DNA from: Candidatus Levybacteria bacterium GW2011_GWA1_37_16
GTDB taxonomy: Bacteria; Patescibacteriota; Microgenomatia; Levybacterales; UBA12049
NCBI GenBank assembly: GCA_943354875.1
Contig: CALRDJ010000002.1
Span: 1 to 44,809, forward strand
DNA: 44,809 nt
Reading direction: 5' to 3'
The notes under the pieces were generated by a model, which was given only the letters and a program-made list of their open reading frames with translations, ran no database searches and had not been told where the DNA came from. The translations under genes were made by a program, and so were the position numbers. Positions within the stretch are counted from its first letter, which is position 1. Each line of letters begins with the position of its first letter. Below, piece after piece: positions 18,207 through 26,963 of this stretch.

Positions 18207-18722
18207 ATGAAACCAACAGTCGGAATCCTTATGGGAAGCGACTCAGACCTAGAAGTCATGAGTGAGGCAGCAAAAATCCTAGATGAATTCGGTATTCCAT
18301 ACGAATTAACCATCGCCTCTGTGCATCGAACACCAGATCGCCTGATAGAGTTTGCCAAAGGCGCAGTCGAAAAAGGATTAAAAGTAATTATCGCAGGAGC
18401 AGGTGGATCTGCCCACCTACCAGGGATGACTGCATCTTTTACCCCACTTCCTGTTATCGGGGTTCCCGTTAAAACCAAATCACTCGATGGACTTGACTCC
18501 CTACTATCTATAGTACAGATGCCACCAGGTATTCCTGTCGCGACTGTTGCTATAAACGGCGCTAAAAACGCAGGACTTCTGGCCGCAAGCATTCTAGGCA
18601 CTAGTGATAATCAGATATTGGAAAAGGTCACTTCATATAAAGAAGCCTTAAAACACCAAGTAGCTGAAAAGGCAGAGAGACTAGAAAAAATCAAATATAA
18701 ACAATACTTAAACGAAAAATAA
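18207..18722 (+). CDS. purE: N5-carboxyaminoimidazole ribonucleotide mutase
   Basis: [11 protein letters not shown]...[10 protein letters not shown] motifs; 171 aa. Confidence 0.93.
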   Translation: MKPTVGILMGSDSDLEVMSEAAKILDEFGIPYELTIASVHRTPDRLIEFAKGAVEKGLKVIIAGAGGSAHLPGMTASFTPLPVIGVPVKTKSLDGLDSLLSIVQMPPGIPVATVAINGAKNAGLLAASILGTSDNQILEKVTSYKEALKHQVAEKAERLEKIKYKQYLNEK

Positions 18723-18728
18723 AAAACG

Positions 18729-19667
18729 ATGGCAGGATCGAATATTTTAAAAACAGTAGATCTTCGTGATTTAGGAAAGAAACACACGGGGAAAGTACGC
18801 GACTATTATATAGTAGAGGAAAAACGCATCCTCATAACCACCGATAGAATTTCCGCTTTTGACGTAGTACTCGGACACATTCCTTTTAAAGGTCAGGTTC
18901 TTAATATGCTTGCTGGGTTTTGGTTTGAAAAAACGAAAGATATTATAGATAATCACGTTCTGGCAATTCCTGACCCAAATGTAACGATAGGAAAAAATGC
19001 ACAACCCATTGCTATCGAAATGGTGGTACGGGGATATATTAGCGGTGTTACAGGAACTTCTATTTGGGGAAGTTATGAAAAAGGAGAGCGTGTTATATAT
19101 GGTATAGGATTTCCTCATGGTTTGAAAAAAAATCAAAAACTAGCAACTCCAGTTATAACTCCGACTACGAAAGCTGAAAAAGGACACGATGAGAGGTTAA
19201 CCAGAAATGAGATCATAAATCGAAAGCTTGTTCCTAAAAAGCTCTATGAAGAAATGGAAAGAGCGGCACTCGGACTCTTTGACCGAGGAACCAAAATATG
19301 TGCCAAAGCAGGAATTATTCTCGTTGACACAAAATATGAATTTGGAGTATACAACGATAAATTGGTGCTTATTGATGAAATACATACTCCTGATTCTTCC
19401 AGATTTTGGATCGCAAAAACATATAATGCTCGTTTTAAAAAAGCTCTCGAACCAGAAAACTTTGATAAAGAATTTGTAAGACTATGGTTTAAAAAACTTG
19501 GATACACAGGCGAAGGAACACCACCTAAAATGACTAACGAATTCATAGAGAAAGTAAGCCAAAGATATATCCAGGTTTATAAAAAAATCACTGGACGTGC
19601 TTTTATAAAACCTGAAGGCGATATCGAAAAAAGGATTGCTAAAAACCTGAAGGCATTAGTCATATGA
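18729..19667 (+). CDS. purC: Phosphoribosylaminoimidazole-succinocarboxamide (SAICAR) synthase, long form
   Basis: GKVRDYY...LITTDRISAFD and LVDTKYEFG motifs; 312 aa. Confidence 0.9.
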   Translation: MAGSNILKTVDLRDLGKKHTGKVRDYYIVEEKRILITTDRISAFDVVLGHIPFKGQVLNMLAGFWFEKTKDIIDNHVLAIPDPNVTIGKNAQPIAIEMVVRGYISGVTGTSIWGSYEKGERVIYGIGFPHGLKKNQKLATPVITPTTKAEKGHDERLTRNEIINRKLVPKKLYEEMERAALGLFDRGTKICAKAGIILVDTKYEFGVYNDKLVLIDEIHTPDSSRFWIAKTYNARFKKALEPENFDKEFVRLWFKKLGYTGEGTPPKMTNEFIEKVSQRYIQVYKKITGRAFIKPEGDIEKRIAKNLKALVI

Positions 19668-22525
19668 TCCAAACCATTCGTGTAGCATCAAAAAATAAAA
19701 TAGACGATCTCTCAGGAAAACACTTATTAAACGACATCCGCACAGAACTCAAACGCACGGATATTACCTCTGTTGAAACAGTTAAAATATATAGACTTGA
19801 AGGAGTTTCTGAAAAAGAAGCAGAGCTTTTAACGAAAAAAGTCTTCTGTGAGGACATAAATCAAATCGCCACTATTAACAAACCTTTACTCAGTTCGTCT
19901 TCAAAAATAATTGAGATTTCGTACAAACCAGGAGTTATGAATCCTGAAGTCGCATCTATATTAAAAGCCGCCAAAGATTTAGGAGTAAATCTTATCGCTT
20001 GCGACACATCTCGTGAATATGGCTTTGTCGGCAAAATAAATCTTGAGGATGCGAAAAAAATTATTCACGATCTAAAACTATTTAATAAAACAGTCGAACA
20101 TATTGTGGAAGATTCACCCACAACTCTTATCATTTCTGGAACTGCCGGAAAAACGAAAACTATAACAATCAGAGAAATAAATGATGATCAATTAATGCAG
20201 CTCTCGAAAGACACACTTTTTTTAAATTTAGAAGAAATGCATGTTATCCAAAAATATTTTCAAAAAATTAAACGAGACCCGACTGATGCAGAACTCGAAA
20301 CCTTAGCTCAAACATGGAGTGAGCACTCTGGACACAAAACTTTTAAAGCAAACATTACCATCATTGATAAAGACCTGCCTAGCGGTAGGCAGAAAAAAAC
20401 TCCACTTTTTTCTCGGATAAAAAAGGAGGCACTGAAACATAAAAAAAATATCGTATCTGCATTTGTCGATAATTCAGGGGCTATGGATTTCTATGACGGA
20501 TGGGCGATTTGCGGAAAAGCTGAAACACATAATAGTCCCTCTGCTATAGAACCGTATGGCGGTGCTATGACTGGAAGCGGTGGGGTTTTTCGAGACATCG
20601 TTGGAACAGGACTTGGTGCCAAGACGTTAGTCTCAACTGATATTTTTTGCCTCGCTCATCCTACTCTTTCTGACGATAAACTTCCCGCTGGAAGTCTTTC
20701 ACCTCTCTATATTCTGAAACGAGTAATTGCAGCAGTAAAAGATTATGGAAATCGCATGGGGATTCCGACAAACAATGGCTCGCTTCATTTTCATAATGAT
20801 TTCAGAGCAAAACCCACAGTCCTAGTCGGTGCATACGGAATACTGCCGAAGAAATCAGCCCAAAAAGGCACACCTAAAAAAGGTGATATCATCGTAAGCA
20901 TTGGTGGACGTATCGGTCGAGATGGTATTCATGGCGCTACATTCTCCAGCGCTGAAATGACGGATAGAACTATTTCAGTAAATGCACAAGCAGTACAGAT
21001 AGGAAATGCTATCGAAGAAAAACGAACCTTTGATGCCATTATAGAAGCACGAGATGCAGGACTTATTCGCGCTATTCAAGACAGTGGTGGAGGAGGACTT
21101 TCTTCAGCAGTCGGAGAAATTGGCTCAGAACTTGGCGTAACCGTACAGTTGAAAAATGAGCGACTCAAATATCAGGGACTTTCTCCGTGGGAAATTTGGT
21201 TATCAGAATCACAGGAAAGAATGGTTCTCGCCATTCCGAAAAATAAATTTAGTGCATTTGAAAAAGTGTGTCAAAAATATAATGTCGAAGTAACGAACTT
21301 AGGATTTTTCGACGGCAGTAAAAAGCTGAATTTATTTTATGGCGATGAGGCTGTTGGAGAATTAGATATGGAATTTTTGCATAACGGTTTACCCCAACGA
21401 AACATGATAGCGAAAAAATCTATAGATAAACCGCTGAAAGAAGTACTACCAACTACTCCCAAATCTTCTGCCGAATGGATTACGATATGTAAAAAAATTC
21501 TCTCTCACCCGAATATCGCATCGAAAGAACCTATTGTCAGACTTTATGATCATACTGTTCAGGGAACTGCAGTCGTATATCCTTTTTCAGGAGAAAAAAT
21601 GGATGGACCAAACGATGCTTCAGTGATTCGTCCATTGCTAAATAAACCATATGGCATGGTGGTATCTCATGGTCTTAATCCGATCCTAAATAGAATTGAT
21701 CCCTACTGGGGGAGCATGTGGGCCGGAGCTGAAGCACTTGCCAATTATGTCGCAGTCGGAGGAGACTACAAAACAGCATCGCTTATAAATAATTATGTAT
21801 GGCCATTTCCTGATGAAGAATCACTATGGTCACTCGATCAGTCAGTTGATGCAGTGGTAGACTTTATGAGCATCACCAAAATGCCAGTCATTTCTGGAAA
21901 AGACAGCCTATCATCTACCTATCGGGGAAAAGATGGAACTATTATAAAAATCCCACCAGTTCTATGCATATCAGTATTTGGAAAAATAAAAGATGTATCC
22001 AAAACTATGACATCGGATCTGAAGAAAGAAAATTCCATTCTGTGTCTAGTAGGTGCCATGGACTATGCATCACTCGGCGGATCCACCTACTATGATATTT
22101 ATGGTGTTTTAGGAAATTCAGTACCAAAAGTAGCTATGAAAAAACTTATACAAGTCGCCGATGTTATCTATAATGGTATACAAAAAAATCAAATACTTTC
22201 CGTACATGATATCAGCGAAGGAGGATTGCTTACGACTGTATTTGAAATGTGTGTTGGTGGAAATATTGGTGCACATATTTCCATTTCAAACAAACTATCA
22301 CCTGAACAAATATTGTTTAATGAAACTGCGGGAACTTTTGTTATCGAGATCGAAAATGAACATACTGCAAAAAAATTATTTAAAAACATTCCCTATACAA
22401 TAATCGGAAAAACGTTAGGAGAAAAAATCTTGTCTGTAGAGCAAAATAAAAAAGAGCTATTTAGTATCAGCATAGAGTCACTTAAGAGGTTCTGGCAGGA
22501 ACCCATGCAGAAAATATTTAATTAA
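19664..22525 (+). CDS. purL: FGAM synthase, large-PurL-like synthetase subunit with a PurS-like N-terminal domain and no fused glutaminase
   Basis: 953 aa. The first ~170 aa or so form two PurS-like halves, followed by a linker. The core (WSEHSGHKTF, ETHNSPSAIEPYGGAMTGSGG) and the spacing resemble E. coli-type large PurL. The protein ends before any glutaminase domain. Confidence 0.85.
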   Translation: MIQTIRVASKNKIDDLSGKHLLNDIRTELKRTDITSVETVKIYRLEGVSEKEAELLTKKVFCEDINQIATINKPLLSSSSKIIEISYKPGVMNPEVASILKAAKDLGVNLIACDTSREYGFVGKINLEDAKKIIHDLKLFNKTVEHIVEDSPTTLIISGTAGKTKTITIREINDDQLMQLSKDTLFLNLEEMHVIQKYFQKIKRDPTDAELETLAQTWSEHSGHKTFKANITIIDKDLPSGRQKKTPLFSRIKKEALKHKKNIVSAFVDNSGAMDFYDGWAICGKAETHNSPSAIEPYGGAMTGSGGVFRDIVGTGLGAKTLVSTDIFCLAHPTLSDDKLPAGSLSPLYILKRVIAAVKDYGNRMGIPTNNGSLHFHNDFRAKPTVLVGAYGILPKKSAQKGTPKKGDIIVSIGGRIGRDGIHGATFSSAEMTDRTISVNAQAVQIGNAIEEKRTFDAIIEARDAGLIRAIQDSGGGGLSSAVGEIGSELGVTVQLKNERLKYQGLSPWEIWLSESQERMVLAIPKNKFSAFEKVCQKYNVEVTNLGFFDGSKKLNLFYGDEAVGELDMEFLHNGLPQRNMIAKKSIDKPLKEVLPTTPKSSAEWITICKKILSHPNIASKEPIVRLYDHTVQGTAVVYPFSGEKMDGPNDASVIRPLLNKPYGMVVSHGLNPILNRIDPYWGSMWAGAEALANYVAVGGDYKTASLINNYVWPFPDEESLWSLDQSVDAVVDFMSITKMPVISGKDSLSSTYRGKDGTIIKIPPVLCISVFGKIKDVSKTMTSDLKKENSILCLVGAMDYASLGGSTYYDIYGVLGNSVPKVAMKKLIQVADVIYNGIQKNQILSVHDISEGGLLTTVFEMCVGGNIGAHISISNKLSPEQILFNETAGTFVIEIENEHTAKKLFKNIPYTIIGKTLGEKILSVEQNKKELFSISIESLKRFWQEPMQKIFN
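20375..20392. repeat. Mini-palindrome CTGCCTA-GCGG-TAGGCAG inside purL (encodes LPSGRQ)
   Basis: A perfect 7+4+7 palindrome that is in frame within the coding sequence. Confidence 0.75.
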
Positions 22526-22529
22526 AATT

Positions 22530-23315
22530 ATGAAAAAACCAAATGTCATGATTCTTAGAACCGAGGGAACGAACTGCGATGAAGAAGCATTTTTCGCGTT
22601 CGAAAAAGCAGGCGGAAATCCAAAGATGGTGCACATAAATGATTTACGAAATAAAAAGGAGTCATTTGATAATTTTAATGTTTTGGTATTACCAGGCGGA
22701 TTTGCCTATGGCGATGATGTCGTATCGGGGAAAATTTTAGCTGTAGAACTCACTTCGTTTTTTGAAAAAGAATTAAAGAAATTCATAGAACGAAAAGATA
22801 CCGTGGTAATAGGTATTTGTAATGGATTTCAAGTATTAGTCCGTACTGGACTTCTCCCATTTAGAAATATCGGAGAAATGGATGCGACATTAACAAATAA
22901 CGATTCTGGACATTTTGAGTGCCGATGGATTCATCTAAAAATTGAAGAGAATTCTAAATCCCCAATTCTTAAAAATATCGGCGGACAAATCGTTTCTTAC
23001 CAGGTAGCACATGGTGAGGGAAAATTCTATGCAACAGATGCAGTCATGGATAAAATAGAAAAAGAAGGACTTGTCGCACTGCGCTACGTAGATGAAAGCG
23101 GTAACCCTACCCAAAACTATCCAGAAAATCCAAACGGCGCATTACATGCTATAGCCGGCATTACCGATCCGACAGGAAGAATCTTCGGTCTCATGCCACA
23201 CCCTGAGCGATTTGTTTTAGAAGAGCAACATCCTAACTTTAAACGAATGAAAAAAGTGACTCCCCAAGGTCTCCCAATATTCGAAAATATTATTACATTT
23301 ATTCAGTCTCAATAA
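22530..23315 (+). CDS. purQ: FGAM synthase glutaminase subunit
   Basis: Class I amidotransferase with the GICNGFQ nucleophile elbow and HPE near the C-terminus. 261 aa. Confidence 0.9.
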   Translation: MKKPNVMILRTEGTNCDEEAFFAFEKAGGNPKMVHINDLRNKKESFDNFNVLVLPGGFAYGDDVVSGKILAVELTSFFEKELKKFIERKDTVVIGICNGFQVLVRTGLLPFRNIGEMDATLTNNDSGHFECRWIHLKIEENSKSPILKNIGGQIVSYQVAHGEGKFYATDAVMDKIEKEGLVALRYVDESGNPTQNYPENPNGALHAIAGITDPTGRIFGLMPHPERFVLEEQHPNFKRMKKVTPQGLPIFENIITFIQSQ

Positions 23316-23364
23316 GACCGCTGTGTTAGCAAATTAAGGCTAAATACGCTATAATACCCTCCTT

Positions 23365-24438
23365 ATGAAAAATGTCGTCTTTTGGGATCTGGAAGGCCCA
23401 TTATCTCCTATGGATCATGCGTGGGAAACCGCTGATCTTTTTTCTATACAAACAGGTGGTGAAAGAAAGTCTGGAAAAGAATTATTTAGCGCTATGTCGC
23501 AAGCAATTGCACTCGATATAGAAAATAATCCTCAGTCAATTTTCCAAGCAGGCGATACACTCTCACTCCTCGTTCCGTTTTTAAAATATCATGGTGTTAG
23601 AGATATAGATTTAAGAACTGTGTCAGAAAAAGCACGACTCGTGAATGGAGCACCTGAAACTATAGCCACACTTAAAAAAATGGGCGCAGAAGAGTTTGTG
23701 CTTTCTACCAGCTACGATGGCACCTCATATGTTAACTCTACCAGCTTTATTCATCATGCAGACCGAGTAGGAAAAAGTGCTGGAGTTGATGCAGAAAATA
23801 TTTATGCTACTCATCTGGATCTTAATTCTTTGATGCTGAATCGAACATCACGAGAAAAAATAGAAATAGCGCAGTACATGATATTAGATTTGAAAGATCG
23901 TCCTGAAATACTTGCCACATATCTCACTCTACTTGCCACTAAAACTCTCCCAGATGCTGGATATGGAAATCCACTGGAGATAACTAAAGTAATGGGTGGA
24001 AAACGAAAAGCAGAAAAGATCCAAGAAATTATGGGAGAAGATGATGATTATTCAAAAGTCGTAGTAGTCGGTGACAGCATTACGGATCGAGACATGCTTC
24101 AGTTAGTCAAAGACAGAGGGGGTCTGGCTATCGCGTTTAATGCTAATCTACACGCACTTTCTCATGCAAATGCCGCACTTGCTACGACTGATATGCGCGA
24201 CATTATTCCGCTCATACAATCCTTTTGGGAAAACGGCCTAGAAAGTGCGAAAAAATTTGTAGAAGATGATGCGAGCAAGATAAGCATCAGCCCGAGAAAA
24301 GAAGGACCTCCTGTGGCAGAATCAGAAAAGAGATACCATCTGAGCTGGTTAGGACCTGAAGCAAATCTCGCAGCTACCGAGGCTATTCATGCGAGGTCTC
24401 GTTCTCTCGTTCGCGGAGAAGCTGCCAGATTAGCCTAA
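23365..24438 (+). CDS. HAD-superfamily-like protein with a variant motif I (DLEGP) and a large cap
   Basis: FWDLEGPL at the N-terminus, VLSTSY, GGKRKAEK and VVVGDSITDRD fit HAD motifs I-IV, except that the second acidic residue is Glu. 357 aa. I recognise no precise family. Confidence 0.45.
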   Translation: MKNVVFWDLEGPLSPMDHAWETADLFSIQTGGERKSGKELFSAMSQAIALDIENNPQSIFQAGDTLSLLVPFLKYHGVRDIDLRTVSEKARLVNGAPETIATLKKMGAEEFVLSTSYDGTSYVNSTSFIHHADRVGKSAGVDAENIYATHLDLNSLMLNRTSREKIEIAQYMILDLKDRPEILATYLTLLATKTLPDAGYGNPLEITKVMGGKRKAEKIQEIMGEDDDYSKVVVVGDSITDRDMLQLVKDRGGLAIAFNANLHALSHANAALATTDMRDIIPLIQSFWENGLESAKKFVEDDASKISISPRKEGPPVAESEKRYHLSWLGPEANLAATEAIHARSRSLVRGEAARLA

Positions 24439-24454
24439 ATGGTATAATTAAAAA

Positions 24455-25108
24455 ATGATAAAAGCAGTAATCTTTGACATGGATGGCCTCATGGTTGATA
24501 GCGAACCACTCCAATCTCTCGCATTTGAAGAACTAGTTAAATCATACGGGAAAACTCCGATACCTCATGAACATGGCCTCATGCAAATGGTGGGACTGGG
24601 CGGAGATGATAATTATATAATGGTACGAGAAAAACATAATATAGAAGACAACATATCTGTTTTACGAGAAAAAAGATTACCCATTTATTTTAAAATTCTC
24701 GGCGAAAAAGTTACTCCCATGCCAGGATTACTGGAACTTTTAAAACTACTGAAAAAAGAAGAATTCAAAACCGCAGTAGCATCATCGTCTCATATGTATC
24801 AAATTAATTTGGTTTTAGAAAAGCTTAATATCGCTTCGTACTTTGATAAACTAGTATCCGGTACAGAAATGCCGCACCACAAGCCGTCTCCAGATATTTA
24901 TCTCGAAGCAGCCAAGCAGCTCGATCTAGAACCACGTGAATGTGTAGCACTAGAAGATTCTTCAGTCGGCGTACAGTCAGGAAATAGTGCAGGAATGAAA
25001 GTTATCGCAGTCCCATCCACATATACCATCACTCAAGACTTATCAAAAGCTGATAAAATAGTAAATAGCTTAACTGAAGTAACCCTAGATCTTATCCATT
25101 CTCTATGA
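24455..25108 (+). CDS. HAD-IA phosphatase (beta-phosphoglucomutase-like subfamily)
   Basis: Motif I FDMDGLMVDSE, plus ASSS and EDSSVGVQSGNSAGMKVIAV. 217 aa. The stop overlaps the purM start. Confidence 0.8.
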   Translation: MIKAVIFDMDGLMVDSEPLQSLAFEELVKSYGKTPIPHEHGLMQMVGLGGDDNYIMVREKHNIEDNISVLREKRLPIYFKILGEKVTPMPGLLELLKLLKKEEFKTAVASSSHMYQINLVLEKLNIASYFDKLVSGTEMPHHKPSPDIYLEAAKQLDLEPRECVALEDSSVGVQSGNSAGMKVIAVPSTYTITQDLSKADKIVNSLTEVTLDLIHSL

Positions 25109-26211
25109 GTCAGAAAAAAATTACATACGAATCAGTCGGAGATAATTACGAAACGAAAGATCCGATAAAAAAACTCTTTCAAGAGTCCGCTCGCGCCACT
25201 GGAGAAAACCTGAAAACTCACGGCTTTTCTGAAGTCTCAGATTCCCGAGGTGAATCAGCATACGTATGGGAACAAGGAGATGTCTATATGGCATCTGTTA
25301 TCGAAGGACTCGGAACGAAAAATCTCATCGCTGATGGGATGAGAATTATTGCAAAAAAATCCTATTATGACATTATCGCTCACGATACCGTCGCTACAAT
25401 TATCAATGACCTCATTACTGTCGGTGCTACGCCACTCACACTTCATGCATATTGGGCTATCGAAGATAACGAATGGCTATACGATAAAACACGTATGACG
25501 GATCTGATCACCGGATGGAAAGATGCATGTGATATCGCGGGTGTCTCATGGGGTGGAGGAGAAACAGCGACGATGAAACAGATAGTCGTCAAAGACGTAG
25601 CAGAATTTGGCGGATCAGCGATCGGAATTATAAAAAACAAAAACCACTTGATCACTGATAAAAAATTAACCAGTGGAGATAGAATTATTTTTATAAAAAG
25701 TAATGGGGTGAATGCGAACGGTATTTCGCTCACTCGAGCCATAGCCAAAGAGTTACCAGATGGATACGCGACGCTATTACCAGACGGGACTACCTATGGC
25801 GAAGCACTCTTAACGAAATCAAATATCTATGCCAAAACTATTCAGGACTTACAATCTGCAAATATCGATATTCATTATGTGTCCAATATCACCGGACATG
25901 GCATGAGAAAGGTTATGCGCGCCAGACCAGATTTTACCTATATCATAGAAACAGTATTTGACCCCCAAGAAATATTCTTATTTATCCAAAAGCATGCAGG
26001 TCTTTCCGATGAAGAGATGTATGGCACCTATAACATGGGACAAGACTATGCGATATTTGTACCAGAAAAAGACGCAGAAAAAACTATCGAAATAATTAAA
26101 AAGAATAATTTTGATGCTATAAATGCGGGCTATATAGAGACAGGGGAGCGAGAAGTACGGCTACAATCTAAAAACATAACCTTCAAAGGCGATACGCTAA
26201 ATCTTCGATGA
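25105..26211 (+). CDS. purM: Phosphoribosylformylglycinamidine cyclo-ligase (AIR synthase), divergent
   Basis: PurM-superfamily pattern (EGLGTKNLIA, NDLITVGATPL, WGGGETA, SNGVNANGISL). 368 aa. It lies in the purine operon. Confidence 0.7.
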   Translation: MSQKKITYESVGDNYETKDPIKKLFQESARATGENLKTHGFSEVSDSRGESAYVWEQGDVYMASVIEGLGTKNLIADGMRIIAKKSYYDIIAHDTVATIINDLITVGATPLTLHAYWAIEDNEWLYDKTRMTDLITGWKDACDIAGVSWGGGETATMKQIVVKDVAEFGGSAIGIIKNKNHLITDKKLTSGDRIIFIKSNGVNANGISLTRAIAKELPDGYATLLPDGTTYGEALLTKSNIYAKTIQDLQSANIDIHYVSNITGHGMRKVMRARPDFTYIIETVFDPQEIFLFIQKHAGLSDEEMYGTYNMGQDYAIFVPEKDAEKTIEIIKKNNFDAINAGYIETGEREVRLQSKNITFKGDTLNLR

Positions 26212-26963
26212 AAAAAGTTTCCTTCTTAAGTAATCAGCAGACAGTCACTGGAACGCTTCATTTTCCTGAACTTGTAAAAGGTCTGCCTGTTGGCAGGCAA
26301 GGTAAAAATCCCGCAGCTCTTTTTATCCATGGATGGATGAGCAATGAAGACGGATACTATCCGAGAGCGAAAGCATTAACTGAACTAGGCTTTGTTTGCC
26401 TCACTATAAATCTCCGCGGACATGGAACCAGTAGCGGAAAACTGCAAGACTATTCCCGAAAAGACCACGTGGATGATTCACTTGCAGCGTACGATTTCTT
26501 GGCAAGTCAAACCTCTGTTGATGCAAATAACATCAGTATTGTCGGAGCTAGTTATGGAGGATATCTCGCTGCAATCGTGGCAGAAAAACGAAAGATTACC
26601 GCTCTTGCCCTTCGCGCACCAGCTCTGTACCCAAATACAGACTTTGACAAACCGACAGTAGATTTATTAGAAGATCGGGAGGATGAATTCTTCCAAAACT
26701 TCGAACCGGAAATAGATAACTTTGCTTTACATGGTGTTAAAAATGTAAATTCACTTCTCCTTATCGAATCTGAACTCGATCAAATCATTCCGCATAGAAT
26801 TATCGAACTGTATAAAAACCCAGTAAAAGATAAAACAAAACTAACTCATAAAATCATAAAAGAAGCCGACCATCAATTATCAAAAGAGGGGTGGAAGCAG
26901 GAATATATAGAACTACTAAAGGGGTGGTTTGGGGATGTGGATAACTTTACTCCCACTCCATAG
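26208..26963 (+). CDS. Alpha/beta-fold hydrolase (dienelactone hydrolase / S9-like)
   Basis: Nucleophile elbow GASYGG and C-terminal EADHQL. The start overlaps the purM stop (ATGA). The 3' end overlaps guaA convergently by 17 nt. Confidence 0.75.
   Translation: MKKVSFLSNQQTVTGTLHFPELVKGLPVGRQGKNPAALFIHGWMSNEDGYYPRAKALTELGFVCLTINLRGHGTSSGKLQDYSRKDHVDDSLAAYDFLASQTSVDANNISIVGASYGGYLAAIVAEKRKITALALRAPALYPNTDFDKPTVDLLEDREDEFFQNFEPEIDNFALHGVKNVNSLLLIESELDQIIPHRIIELYKNPVKDKTKLTHKIIKEADHQLSKEGWKQEYIELLKGWFGDVDNFTPTP
26284..26299. repeat. Mini-palindrome TGCCTG-TTGG-CAGGCA inside the hydrolase gene (encodes LPVGRQ)
   Basis: A perfect 6+4+6 palindrome, in frame, with the same CTGCC/GGCAG core as the other copies. 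Confidence 0.75.
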
